64,000 nt of DNA, taken from Macrostomum lignano (taxonomy: Eukaryota). A program made the translations under genes and the position numbers. Shown one piece after another: positions 12,801-23,300 of this stretch (the stretch's first letter is position 1; the number at the start of each line of letters is the position of its first letter). A model generated the notes under the pieces. The model did no database searches, was not told the DNA's origin, and worked only from the letters and a program-made list of their open reading frames with translations. The DNA lies in assembly GCA_002269645.1 (NCBI GenBank), contig NIVC01000374.1:536067-600066 (forward strand), written 5' to 3'.

Positions 12801-13104
12801 ACAAAGTCGAAAAAACGCAGTTTTTGGTTGCCATGGCAACCAAAATGCGTTGCCATAGCAACCAACTATTGTGCATCCGATAGCGCTAGGTCTTTGACAC
12901 ATTTTGGCAAAAACAGTTTGTAAATCGGTCGTACCGTTTTTTCTGCGCAGCGTTTCAAAGTTGAAAAACGTCATTTTTAGTGTGTGCAACCACGTTACAT
13001 CTTATCAGGGACGATTTCGCAAAAGTAAGCACCATAGAAAAAAATTCTCGCTTCGCTCGCCTTTTTTTCTATACTACTTACTGGCTCATCGTCCCACAAC
13101 TAGT
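9845..13104 (-). mobile_element. Non-autonomous Helentron/Helitron2-like unit, type B; outermost copy of the array
   Basis: Same termini. After CATCGTCCCACAACTAGT (CTAG 13100-13103) the sequence becomes unique (CAAATATT...), which defines the array edge. 3260 bp. Confidence 0.7.
10490..11015. repeat. ~91-bp tandem repeat (about 6 copies)
   Basis: Same monomer, period about 91 bp. Confidence 0.9.
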
Positions 13105-13309
13105 CAAATATTATGGTGACGAAGAGAAGGATTGAGTAGAAGTCTAATTCTAAATCCTTCATCTACCTCTTGAAGTCTAGCAAACAGCGTCATCATTGAG
13201 GCAGTGAAATAGCCTAACATACTACTACTGATATGCTAGAGCTGCACGCTAGTGTTCTAAAACAAGTCTTGCTCTTTTTTCGACTACATGTAGGCACTAG
13301 CCACTATAA

Positions 13310-13560
13310 CGTCGCGATTGAACGGAACTTAAATACAAGCGTAGTAATTTGTTCAGCCAGTCCGTTGAACACCTTGCCGTAGATCGCCAGCACCTGCAGC
13401 TGCCGGGCTGCGTATCAGGTAAAGTCGATATTGGGCGACACCACTGCCAGACGCTCGAACAGGTAGGCAATCAACACATTTGAAGAAGAACAGCACGAGG
13501 ACGAAGAACAGCCTATCCAGAGACTCCGCAGCAGATGGGCAGCAAGTCGAAGACGCACCT
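13310..13560 (-). pseudogene. Decayed paralog of the C-terminal (S6/TRP-box) part of the TRP-like gene at 15600-17326
   Basis: AGATCGCCAGCACCTGCAGCTGCCG...GCAATCAACACATTTGAAGAAGAACAGC aligns to 15726-15840 with several indels. Translates roughly as LFFF-NVLIAYLFERLAVVSPN...RQLQVLAIY. Confidence 0.75.
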
Positions 13561-13603
13561 ATGTAGGGGTAAAATCATTCTTCTTTAGAGCGTCCTCCCA
13601 CTC

Positions 13604-14279
13604 CTATGAGAAACCTATGTACAGGGTTTTTCTGGAGGCGTCCTTTTCCGGAACCTCTTTGAAGGCCCGGATTCCGCCCTGAGGTAGGTCAGGGTTCTTG
13701 CTGAGTGGATTAAAAGGCTCGGTAGCGCCTGCATGGCAGCGGCGGTCGGGCATGCTCCATGCACGACCATGGATGGGAGTGCAGTCGCGCAGGCGTCCCA
13801 CGTGATGGACGCGAGTTTAAGCAGTGCGAGGTCGATCTGAGCCACGTCTTTGTAGGGGAGGATGATGTTTCCGTTTGCGTTGCGCACCGTCTCGACCTTG
13901 ATGTCGAGGGCGTCATTGTCCCAGAGGAAGTCATCGATCCTTTTGATCGCTGCTTCCAGCTGGGCGGTGGTCAGCACGCACGCAGAATTTCGGCTCTGCT
14001 GCCACTTTGGCGTACGTGCTGGCTTTGGCCCCATTTGTGTCTATTGGGATCCAGCGAGGAGTCGGTGCGCTCGGCTGGCTGCTGCCTTCTGCAATCAGGG
14101 CCTTGGTTTTTTCATCGCACCTGCGACGGGTGATGACCTGCTGGAAGCCGTCGTTTTTAGAGGCACCTGGACGAGGTGCGTGGGTTTCCGCGGGGTTTGC
14201 GGTGGGATCAACTATATGTTGGAGGGTTGGGGGATTGACGGACCTCCCGAGCCGTGTCAGTAGGTTTTGTTTTATCCAT
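13604..14279 (-). mobile_element. Frameshifted gag/ORF1-like retroelement remnant (tentative)
   Basis: Switching frames gives ...KNDGFQQVITRRR...[12 protein letters not shown] / [22 protein letters not shown]...LLKLASITW / [14 protein letters not shown]...KTLYIGFS*. 'DGFQQV.RRR' and 'TYAKVAA' resemble motifs common in non-LTR ORF1 proteins. No RT seen nearby. Confidence 0.35.
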
Positions 14280-14975
14280 GCAGATTAGGCTGGAATGGAG
14301 AAGCTAAAATGTGAAGGCGAGGCTCCAGCGGGCCCCCAGCCCACACTCTGCAAGATCATGAGACGGGAGGCCAGCTGCAGGTTTGGGACAAGGGCGCCAA
14401 GTCAGATTGACAGCCAGAGCCCAAGACCTCCCCGCAGGAGTGGCTTTCGAGAATCCGTGTGGTACCAGTGTTGCAACTATGGGCTCCTGCTCTGCAAAAA
14501 ACAGCAGGCTATTCGTTTCTATGCTTAGCCCAGACGGAAGAGTAAAGAGGGGAAAAGCCATTGCCCCCTCCGGACGCGCTTTATTGATTCAGCAAGTTGA
14601 CTTGCTGATGGATACTCAAAATTTGCCATTGTTTGACTGAAACTAGCGATTAATCTAGCTATCGTCCATTAGTTGTGTACATACGATTCAGTTTACCCTG
14701 AACCAACAGACCTTCATTTGTTGATTTTTCTGCTTTTGACGTTTGGAGTGTTTTCCTCAGTCCTCCCTTGTAGCTACCTAAATTAGATTGCTTACAGCTA
14801 AAGATCAGCAAATGGATATTTTAAATGCACTAATTTATAACCAATCAAACTGTAAAATAATGGCACAAAAAAGTTACTGCGGGAATTTACAATTTTCGTC
14901 CTCCCATCTTGACATTTATTCCCACAGCTACCTTTTCCTTCTGTCCTATTGTCGCATCATTCTGTCATTCCATCG

Positions 14976-15241
14976 CGAGTGACTCAAGCCAGAGTGACTT
15001 AATGCCGAGTGACTCAATCCCGAGTGACTCAATCCCGAGTGACTCAACCCGAGTGACTCAATCCCGAGTGACTCACTCCTGAGTGACTCCATCCCGAGTG
15101 ACTCAATCCCGAGTGACTCAATCCCGAGTGACTCACTCCTCCATCCGGAGTGACTCAATCCCGAGTGAGTCAATGCCGAGTGACTCAATCCCGAGGGACT
15201 CAATCTCGAGTGTCTCTATCCCGAGTGACTCAATCCCGAGT
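14976..15241. repeat. 15-bp minisatellite, about 17 copies
   Basis: CGAGTGACTCAATCC; most monomers contain TGACTCA (AP-1 consensus). Confidence 0.9.
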
Positions 15242-15599
15242 AGATATATGTCCTTTTACTGTGTCCTATACCGTCGTCAGCTGGTAAATTTAAATGAGCA
15301 AAGTCTTATCTAGCCCACTGAGAGTGTACCATTAAGTTACTACAATGAGAATGAAACAACGTCTTTTATGATTGACAGATTGATCGATGTCAGTAAATAA
15401 GCTGAGATATTCCGAGGTAGAAATCGTATATTTCAGCTGTACTTCAGTCAGTCGCAAAGACAAACGACAAAACTTGTGGTTTGAATTGACAAAACCATTT
15501 CTAGTATACCCATGCCAGGCTGATGATTCATTGAAATTTAGGGCAGTGACTCAAATGTTGTCATTTTGATAACCCCAAGAAGGCCCTACTGAATTTGCC

Positions 15600-17326
15600 C
15601 TAGTGATATCGCTTCTGGGGTATTCTCAACTCCAGAGCCGTAGCAGACTTGCTCTGAACTTCCGTAGTCCGAGAGCAAAGTAGCCTTCGTCGCAGGTCGA
15701 TGAGTCCGTTGAGCAACGCGCCCCAGATCGCCAGCATCTGCAGCTGCCGAGCCCGCATCAGGTAGGCGGTGTTGGGCGACACGAACGCCAGGCGGTCGGA
15801 CAGAAAGGCGATCAACACGTTGAAGAAGAACAGCGAGAACAGCATGTGGGTTGTTAGGTACAGCAGGCCCATTCTGCCCAGAGACTCGGCAGAGAACGAA
15901 CCCCCGACGATGGTTCTGTAGAAACCCAGCCAGATGTTTGCTATTGAATTTCCGCTGGCTCCGTAGAAGTTCGGCTCGCACGGTATGATGATGGAGTAGA
16001 GCCAGGCTGAGTTTATCGTGATGAAGCCAATGAGGAACAGAAAAGGAGCGAGCAGGTCCACCAGACACCACATTTGGAAGAACAGACTGCTCACTAGGCC
16101 AAGGTCGTTAAAAATTGAAACCATGGAAACCACCAACAGTAGACCGAATATACTATCAGTCAAGTTGACTGCGGTTGAGTTAATCAGGCTGTCTCTCTCG
16201 TGGCAGCTCGTCACTGTTGGTAGGGAGAGAGACAGCGCCAACACTGCCGGAGACGCCAGCACCCAAACCATCGGGAAGAACCACTTGATGTCAGAGGCGA
16301 CAGTCTTCACGACTCCCACCAACGTGTTCGAATGTTTTAGCCGCGCTAGGTTTAGAATTCGGAATCGCGCAACGGTAATAATCGAAATCCGGGCGATTAC
16401 CATTGCAATGACAAGGTAGGCAAAAATAAAGGACACCAGCTGCAGACCGGGAGGCTTGGTGATGCCGTTCAGAACTCGTAGGTTGCTGCATGAGCTGTTG
16501 CAAACATCCGAGTTGGTGTTCCTGTACAATGTTGGAGCACTGATGAGGGCCAACAAAGACCAAAGGACGGAGGATACACTGGCGTTAAAGAATAAAACCT
16601 TCCGATTTGTTGCGAGCAATTCAGCCGACCAGCGCGCGATGACGTCGGAGTCCCAGAAGCGCTTCAGCGAGTCGTCCAGCGGCTCCGCGTCCCGCGTCAT
16701 GTCGGCCAGCATCGTCAGCGGACTCGTGTCCCGCCTGTCGCCCCTCGGGAAGCTGTACTCGCTGAGGTCCACACAGCGCAGTCTCACTGCTCCTGCATCA
16801 ATCAGGCTGCTGCAGTACCTGCTGCTGCAGTGCAGAATCCAGTGAGCCACTGAGAACTGCCGCCTGTTCACTGCCAGCTCCAGCGCATTCAGGATCCCAG
16901 CGCTTCCTTGTCCAGCAGCTGGCACAGCTGCTCAGAGACCTGCTCATCGCTGCTGTGCAACTGCTGCAGAAAGCTCACAGCCTGCTGTTGGAGAGACTCA
17001 CAATTCACAATCCACAGCTTGACGATGAGGCAGTGGACTGGGCAGCAGTCAGCATCCTTCATCACTTGCTGGCTTGTCGTCTCGAGCAGGTAGCGGAAGC
17101 AGTCGGGAGCCAGGCTGCAGCAGCTCAGCTCGATGAGAGACGTGTGCTGCGACAGGAGCTGGGCGAATGCGGCTCCGTCAGCGGAGCACGGGATGAAGTC
17201 GTGGGCGGCGTGAGGGAAGCTGAGCCGGTCAGATGCAGAGTCCCTGCTGCTCAGCAGCCTCTTCAGCGATGCCAAATCGTCCGCGTCAAATATGGCTAAC
17301 AGTTTTTGAGCTTCTTCTGCAGTCAT
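15600..17326 (-). CDS. Intronless TRP-family (TRPV-like) channel-like protein, about 575 aa, with one -1 frameshift near 16895
   Basis: ORF 16889-17326 joins ORF 15600-16925 as ...LDKEAL/GILNALELAVNRRQF.... Ankyrin-like N-terminal motifs, several hydrophobic segments, and an S6-like LFFFNVLIAFLSDRL followed by a TRP-box-like RARQLQMLAIW. Confidence 0.65.
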
Positions 17327-17974
17327 ATGTCGTCAATAAGCTTATAAATTTCTCGCAAATCTCTAATAAAGGTACAGATATAGCTCTACCTTGGCCTGTG
17401 CAGTAGTTTTTATATTGGGAATGTATTTGCTGAATTTTACCTAGCGAGCCTCGTCTCCATTGGTTATCCGCTTGCTCTTGGATTGGCGAGTTGAATATAT
17501 TGGGCTTAGAACTTCACTGGGTATTATTTTAACTTCTGCAATTACTCGCGAACTTAAACTTTGCTGTAAAAACCGACAGACCTATAGATGAGACAAAGGC
17601 CACTAAAAAGTGTAAACTTGTCAGAAGCTTCCAGTGAAAGGGGAGATAAGTTTATGCAGCGGAATAGGACGTGAAGTGAGGATCCAGAACAAACCGACTA
17701 CTTATGCTTACCTATTACCTACTACTGGCGGGGGGCTACTGGTCGGAAATGCACTGTCGAAGTTGAAGCAGTTTAACAGCTAGTGAATTATCGTTTTCGC
17801 TCAGTGGATGCTATTTGAAAGCCTGTTGGTCGGTCTCTGACAACAGTAGAAAAGTTATTAACAACCGGGGGCGCCAAGGGGGGGGGGGCGCCAGCACCAG
17901 CCAAAATTAGTTGCGTCGCAACTGCTGTAATGAATATAAGCCTACGGTTTGTTTTCTACACTATCTTAGTTTAC

Positions 17975-18115
17975 ATCCTCGCGGTTTCCGGCGGTGATAA
18001 ATTGCCGCGTTGATCGAAAACTCGCTCCTTGCCGGTCTTGAAGGCCCACGCTGGCCTTCTGCACGCGACCTGGCCCAGAGGCGCGCTCTGTGACGCTGAC
18101 GAGACCCTGATAGCG

Positions 18116-18150
<35 letters not shown>

Positions 18151-18250
18151 GTTGTTGTTGTTCCTGTTGTTGTTGTTGTTGTTGTTCCTGTTGTTGTTGT
18201 TGTTTTTGTTGTTGTTGTTGTTGTTTTTGTTTTTGTTGTTGTTGTTGTTC
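17975..18250 (+). mobile_element. Degenerate 3' end of an RTE-like LINE with (GTT)n tail (tentative)
   Basis: Plus frame reads PRGFRR**IAALIENSLLAGLEGPRWPSARDLAQRRAL*R, resembling the RTE-clade C-terminal 'LAQDR..WR' motif. It runs directly into a (GTT)n tract at 18116-18250. Confidence 0.4.
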
Positions 18251-18852
18251 CTGCTTCTGTTTTTAGCATCCATGCAGTCCTATATCCTAAATTTTTAATG
18301 TTAACTACAAATACATTTCGTCTCTAGCATACCTAGTGCTAAAGCTCTGACAGCATAGCTAAATACTTGGCTGACATTACTCACCGAAAAGATTTCTAAT
18401 TTCAAGTGCCCCTAAATGCTTGCTGGATTGAGAGCTTTAAATTAATTCTAGTTTCTCTCTCATCTACTTCAACAAATTAAATAAAATAAAAACCAGCAAA
18501 TTCTTGAGATTCTTGTCATTCTTCTGTTTGTTGTTATAAAAGTTCACAAAAAACTTTCTGTCATGTTTTGGTATCGTTTTATCACAAAAATAGTGGCGTA
18601 TAAGAGTGGCGTATAAGATTATAAAAAATAGTGGCGTATTAGGAAGGTTGCAATGGCTGCTGGTGTGGCGATGCTGCGAGTTAAGTAAGCAAAAATCATA
18701 TTTGAATTGAAAATGAGTTGAAAATCATATTTAATGCGAGCGTAATATTTCGAAATTTTGAAAAATGTTGAAAATTGTGATTTGATATAATCGTAATTTT
18801 GCTGAACCTCTAGGTACTAACAGGTAATCAAATGCTGTTACAGGAACTGACA

Positions 18853-19331
18853 TCCTGTCTAACAGGTATCTCAGATCCTGTCTAACAAGTACCTCGGATC
18901 CTGTCTAACAGGTACCTCAGATTCTGTCTAACAGGTATCTCAGATCCTGTCTAACAGGTACCTCAGATTCTGTCTAACAGGTATCTCAGATCCTGTCTAA
19001 CAAGTACCTCAGATCCTGTCTAACAGGTACCTCAGATCCTGTCTAACAGGTACCTCAGATCCTGTCTAACAGGTACCTCAGATCCTGTCTAACAGGTACC
19101 TCAGATCCTGTCTAACAGGTACCTCAGATCCTGTCTAACAGGTACCTCAGATCCTGTCTAACAGGTACCTCAGATCCTGTCTAACAGGTATCTCAGATCC
19201 TGTCTAACAGGTACCTCAGATCCTGTCTAACAGGTATCTCAGATCCTGTCTAACAGGTACCTCAGATCCTGTCTAACAGGTATCTCAGATCCTGTCTAAC
19301 AGGTACCTCAGATCCTGTCTAACAGGTACCT
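18853..19331. repeat. 23-bp minisatellite, about 21 copies
   Basis: CAGGTACCTCAGATCCTGTCTAA. Confidence 0.95.
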
Positions 19332-19824
19332 ACTGTATATCTTGCCTGATAGGTTTCTATTCATTCAAAGCTTTTTTTCAAAACTTTCCAACATGCTACT
19401 ATGAGTAAAAGTAAAAAAACGGAATATTGAATGTAAAATTGACATATTCAATGGAAGAGATTCAGACACAAATTGGCAATTAAATACGAAATACAAAAAC
19501 GTGATCAAGTTTAAATAGTTCCTGGAAAAAGTATGCCAAAATGTAAAAAATTAAAGTTTATGTTCTGTACAGAAATGTCTGAATAAAGTACAAGTCTAAA
19601 TAATAAAATATTGTGTAAAATAATGAAAGCAAATTTCATTCTGCGCAACTGTTTGGTAGATCAGAAGTTTTAGAGTGCACAAAGTCTCCATAAGAGTCTC
19701 ACAAAGCTAGCAACTGTTGAAGTTCCCTTGTCGCTCAGGCATTTACCTGTGATATATTATTTTTTTAATTAGATGGAGTGGTTATTAAAGACTTTTAAAA
19801 CTATAAAAAACTAAGTATTGTGTG

Positions 19825-20370
19825 TTTATGGGGATTAATGATATTTGTATGGGGGATTAATGATATGTCTATGGGGGAATAATGATATGTCTATGGGGGA
19901 TTAATAATTTGTCTATGGGGATTAATGATATGTCTATGGGGGATTAATGATATGTCTATGGGGATTAATGATATGTCTATGGGGATTAATGATATGTCTA
20001 TGGGGGATTAATGATATGTCTATGGGGATTAATGATATGTCTATGGGGATTAATGATATGTCTATGGGGGATTAATGATATGTCTATGGGGATTAATGAT
20101 ATGTCTATGGGGGATTAATGATATGTCTATGGGGGATTAATGATATGTCTATGGGGGATTAATGATATGTCTATGGGAATTTATGTGTTTATGGGAATTT
20201 ATGATGTGTCTACGGGAATTTATGATGTGTCTATGGGAATTTATGATGTGTCTATGGGAATTTATGATGTGTCTATGGGAATTTATGATGTGTCTATGGG
20301 AATTTATGATGTGTCTATGGGAATTTATGATGTGTCTATGGAAATTTATGATGTGTCTACAGAAATTATT
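19825..20370. repeat. Two abutting related 20-21-bp minisatellites just 3' of the sortilin stop codon
   Basis: TATGGGG(G)ATTAATGATATGTC switches at about 20170 to TATGGGAATTTATGATGTGTC. Confidence 0.9.
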
Positions 20371-20378
20371 CAGATGAC

Positions 20379-23300
20379 TCAAACAAGGCCGCCAACCTCC
20401 GGTGCAGCATCCACAGCCGTCGCGCCTTCATCCTCAGCCTCCGGCGGGTTCAGCAGCAGCTGCTGTTTATCATCGGCTCGCCTGCTGCCGCCGCCGCCGC
20501 CGCCGCCGCTGCTCCTGGTCGGTGCCGGCGTCGTTGTCGAATTTGACAAAGATTCGACGTCCTCGCAACGACCTGCCGCCGACACGGCCGAGTAGTGGAA
20601 GGCCGCCAGTTGCCGCCGTCGTTCTCTCAGCTTCGCCGCCAGCACCAGAGCCAGCACGGCGCAGACGAGGCCGCCCAGAATGGCGCTGACGGGCAGCAGG
20701 ACGGCGACTAGGCGACGCCGGTTGTTGGCCTCGGCTTCCGCGTCCGCTTTGGCCAATTGAGCGGCCAATTTAGCGGCCGCTTCTGAGCTCGCGGCCAATT
20801 TGGTCGCCTCGGCGGCGTCGGCGCGTTCGCGCTGGCGTTTGAGAAGCTCGCTGCACCGCTTGCCCTGGGTAGGTTAAGTATATTGATAGAAAGATCGATA
20901 GGTAGGTAGATAGGTAGATAAGTAGGTATAGTTAGGTAGGTAGTACGGCAGGTAGGTAGTACGAGGTAGGTAGGTAGGTAGGTAGATAGGTAGGTAGATA
21001 GGTAGATAGGTAGGTAGATAGGTAGATAGGTAGGTAGGTAGATATGTAGATAGGTAGACAGGTAGGTAGGTAGATAGGTAGGTAGGTACGAGTAGGTAGA
21101 TATGCAGATAGGTAGGTAAATATGTAGATAGGTAGGTAGGTAGATATGTACTCGTAGATAGGTAGGTAGGTAGATAGGTAGGTAGGAAGATAAGTAGGTA
21201 GATAAGTTGGTAGATAGATATGTAAATGGGTAGGTAGATAGGTAAAAAGGTAGGCTGGTAGGCTGATTGGTTATCATGTATCTGTTTTGATTAGCAACCT
21301 ACTTACCCGACTATCTATAATTCTATTGATTCCTACCAATCTACTTAGCTACCCTACTGCTCTCACCTGCAGAGCAGTCTGCTCAGTCCTATTGGGAGAG
21401 AACCCGCCCGAGCACAGGTTGCCGGGCAGCTTCCTGTAGCCGTCGGTAAGAACCCGCTGCACGCTGTCCTCGTCCGTGCAGACGTCCAGCTCCGGCACCC
21501 CGGGATCTCTGACGCAATCGCGTCCGCTGAATTCCCTTTTATAGCCAAACTCGCAGCCGAAGTCGGCTTTAGTGCAGTTGCAAGGCTCCACAGTCTGGCT
21601 GGGAGTGTAGCTGTAGTTATTAGCGCACAGGCTGTCCGGCTTCAGTCTCATGATGGTCTGCTTGGCTCCGAATACGCAGCCTCTTTCACTGCTGCCGCTG
21701 CTGCTGTTGCTGCTCTCGGAGTAGCTCAACGCCCCGTTGGCTAGCCAAGGCTCATAGTCTGAGGCTGAGCACTCCCTGGTCAGGATGGCGGCAAAGTCCA
21801 GTACGAACACTCGCCAGTGCTGCGACAGACTCGAAAACCCCCAGATGGCCACCGAAGTCGCTCTGCTGCCCGGCTCGCTGACGAATCCCGTGAAGCTGGA
21901 AGGCTGGAAACTTTGGCTCTCTGTTGCTCGAAAAAGACTTAGACCTAGCAATTATTGAACGAAAGCTATAACATGTTAGACAGATTCTAGATACGTTAGA
22001 TATCCGCAAACAGGTTCCAAAACACTGGTCGGCAAACTCCGGCCCGCGAAGCCCGCGAAGTTGGTTTGTGTCTCTTCTCATCTCTCTTCTAATTTCTCTC
22101 CTCTCCTCTCATCTCGTCTTCTCTCTCTTCTCTATTCCCTCTTCCTCTCTCATATCATGTCACCTGTTCTAAAGCATGCTAAATCATGTTTTGACAAACC
22201 CAGAATCATATTCATAACTGTAACAATCTCTCTAACCGGTATTCCTCTGAGGTGAATTTGTAGCTGTGCCAGCACCGTCCAGCATCCGTGCTAAACTTCA
22301 TCACTTGAGGCCCGCTATTGCCGTGAGCCACCGCAGCAATGAAGCCGCCATTGTTGCCAAGCTGTACGAAATGTGGCCCCTCCAACACTTTCGACCAGGT
22401 GTGGCCACCATTGTTGCTAAGGTAGACGTTGCTAGGCGAGCTAGTTTGCACGGATGCTCCTGTGTTGCCGTGGGCAATCAACAGGCCGGGAGCGGTTGCC
22501 AAGGAGACCGGCATCTGGGCTGGGTGACCCCGGGCAATGCTGTAGGCCGAGACCAGCTGCAAGATAGTTTTTTTGGAAATAAATTTCGTGCTTAAGTGAT
22601 TTAGTACTTTGAAAACCTCAGGTAAAGTTGGCCCATTTTCCAATAAAAGGCACACCAGCTTCTTCTAAATAAGCAATCACCCTCATCTAGCTACCCTAGT
22701 CTTAAAGCAGACATTCGTCTCTGGAAACGAACGGCCATTTAAAAATTAGCACCTCCAATACAGTAACAATATTCTACATGAAAATTCTGCACTGACCTGC
22801 AGCTGACACGAGCCGCTGCCCGCTCCCTCGCCAAGCAGACACTCTCCAGACGGCGCCTGCAACTTCATCCAATCGGCTCCGCGATTATGCGAGATCCTCG
22901 TGACCAGAGACAGGTCCGGGTCCATCACGGTTGTCAGGTAAGTGCCCGGCATAGATTCAACCCGATAGAAATCGCCAATTGCATCGCCTGGCGGATAAAA
23001 TTGTCGTTCAAGCGATTTAGAGAACAACCGACCGGTTGCATCGGAGGTGTACAAAGTTCCATAGCCGTTGAGCCGTCCTGAGTCCACGTACACGAAAGCC
23101 AGGCCGTTAGCCACGTCCATGAGACTGGCAAAGCTATCAGGCGAAATGCTTGGCAAGCTAGTCCGGTGGAAGCTGGCTCCATAGTCTGTAGACACTGCCA
23201 ATCGACGCGAAAGTCCGTACGTATCGGCCAACGATAAGAACAGAAAATTTTCCCGTCCAACGTAAGAAAATATATTGTCTGCCAGAGGCCGCCAAATATC

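Noticed and set aside
587-13119. Many 60-260-aa ORFs in the large array as possible transposase or Rep genes
   Set aside because: Short, overlapping, not preserved in frame between units, with no HUH, helicase or DDE motifs.
17865-17900. GGCGCC-polyG-GGCGCC as a transposon terminus
   Set aside because: No matching opposite end or TSD found in the window.
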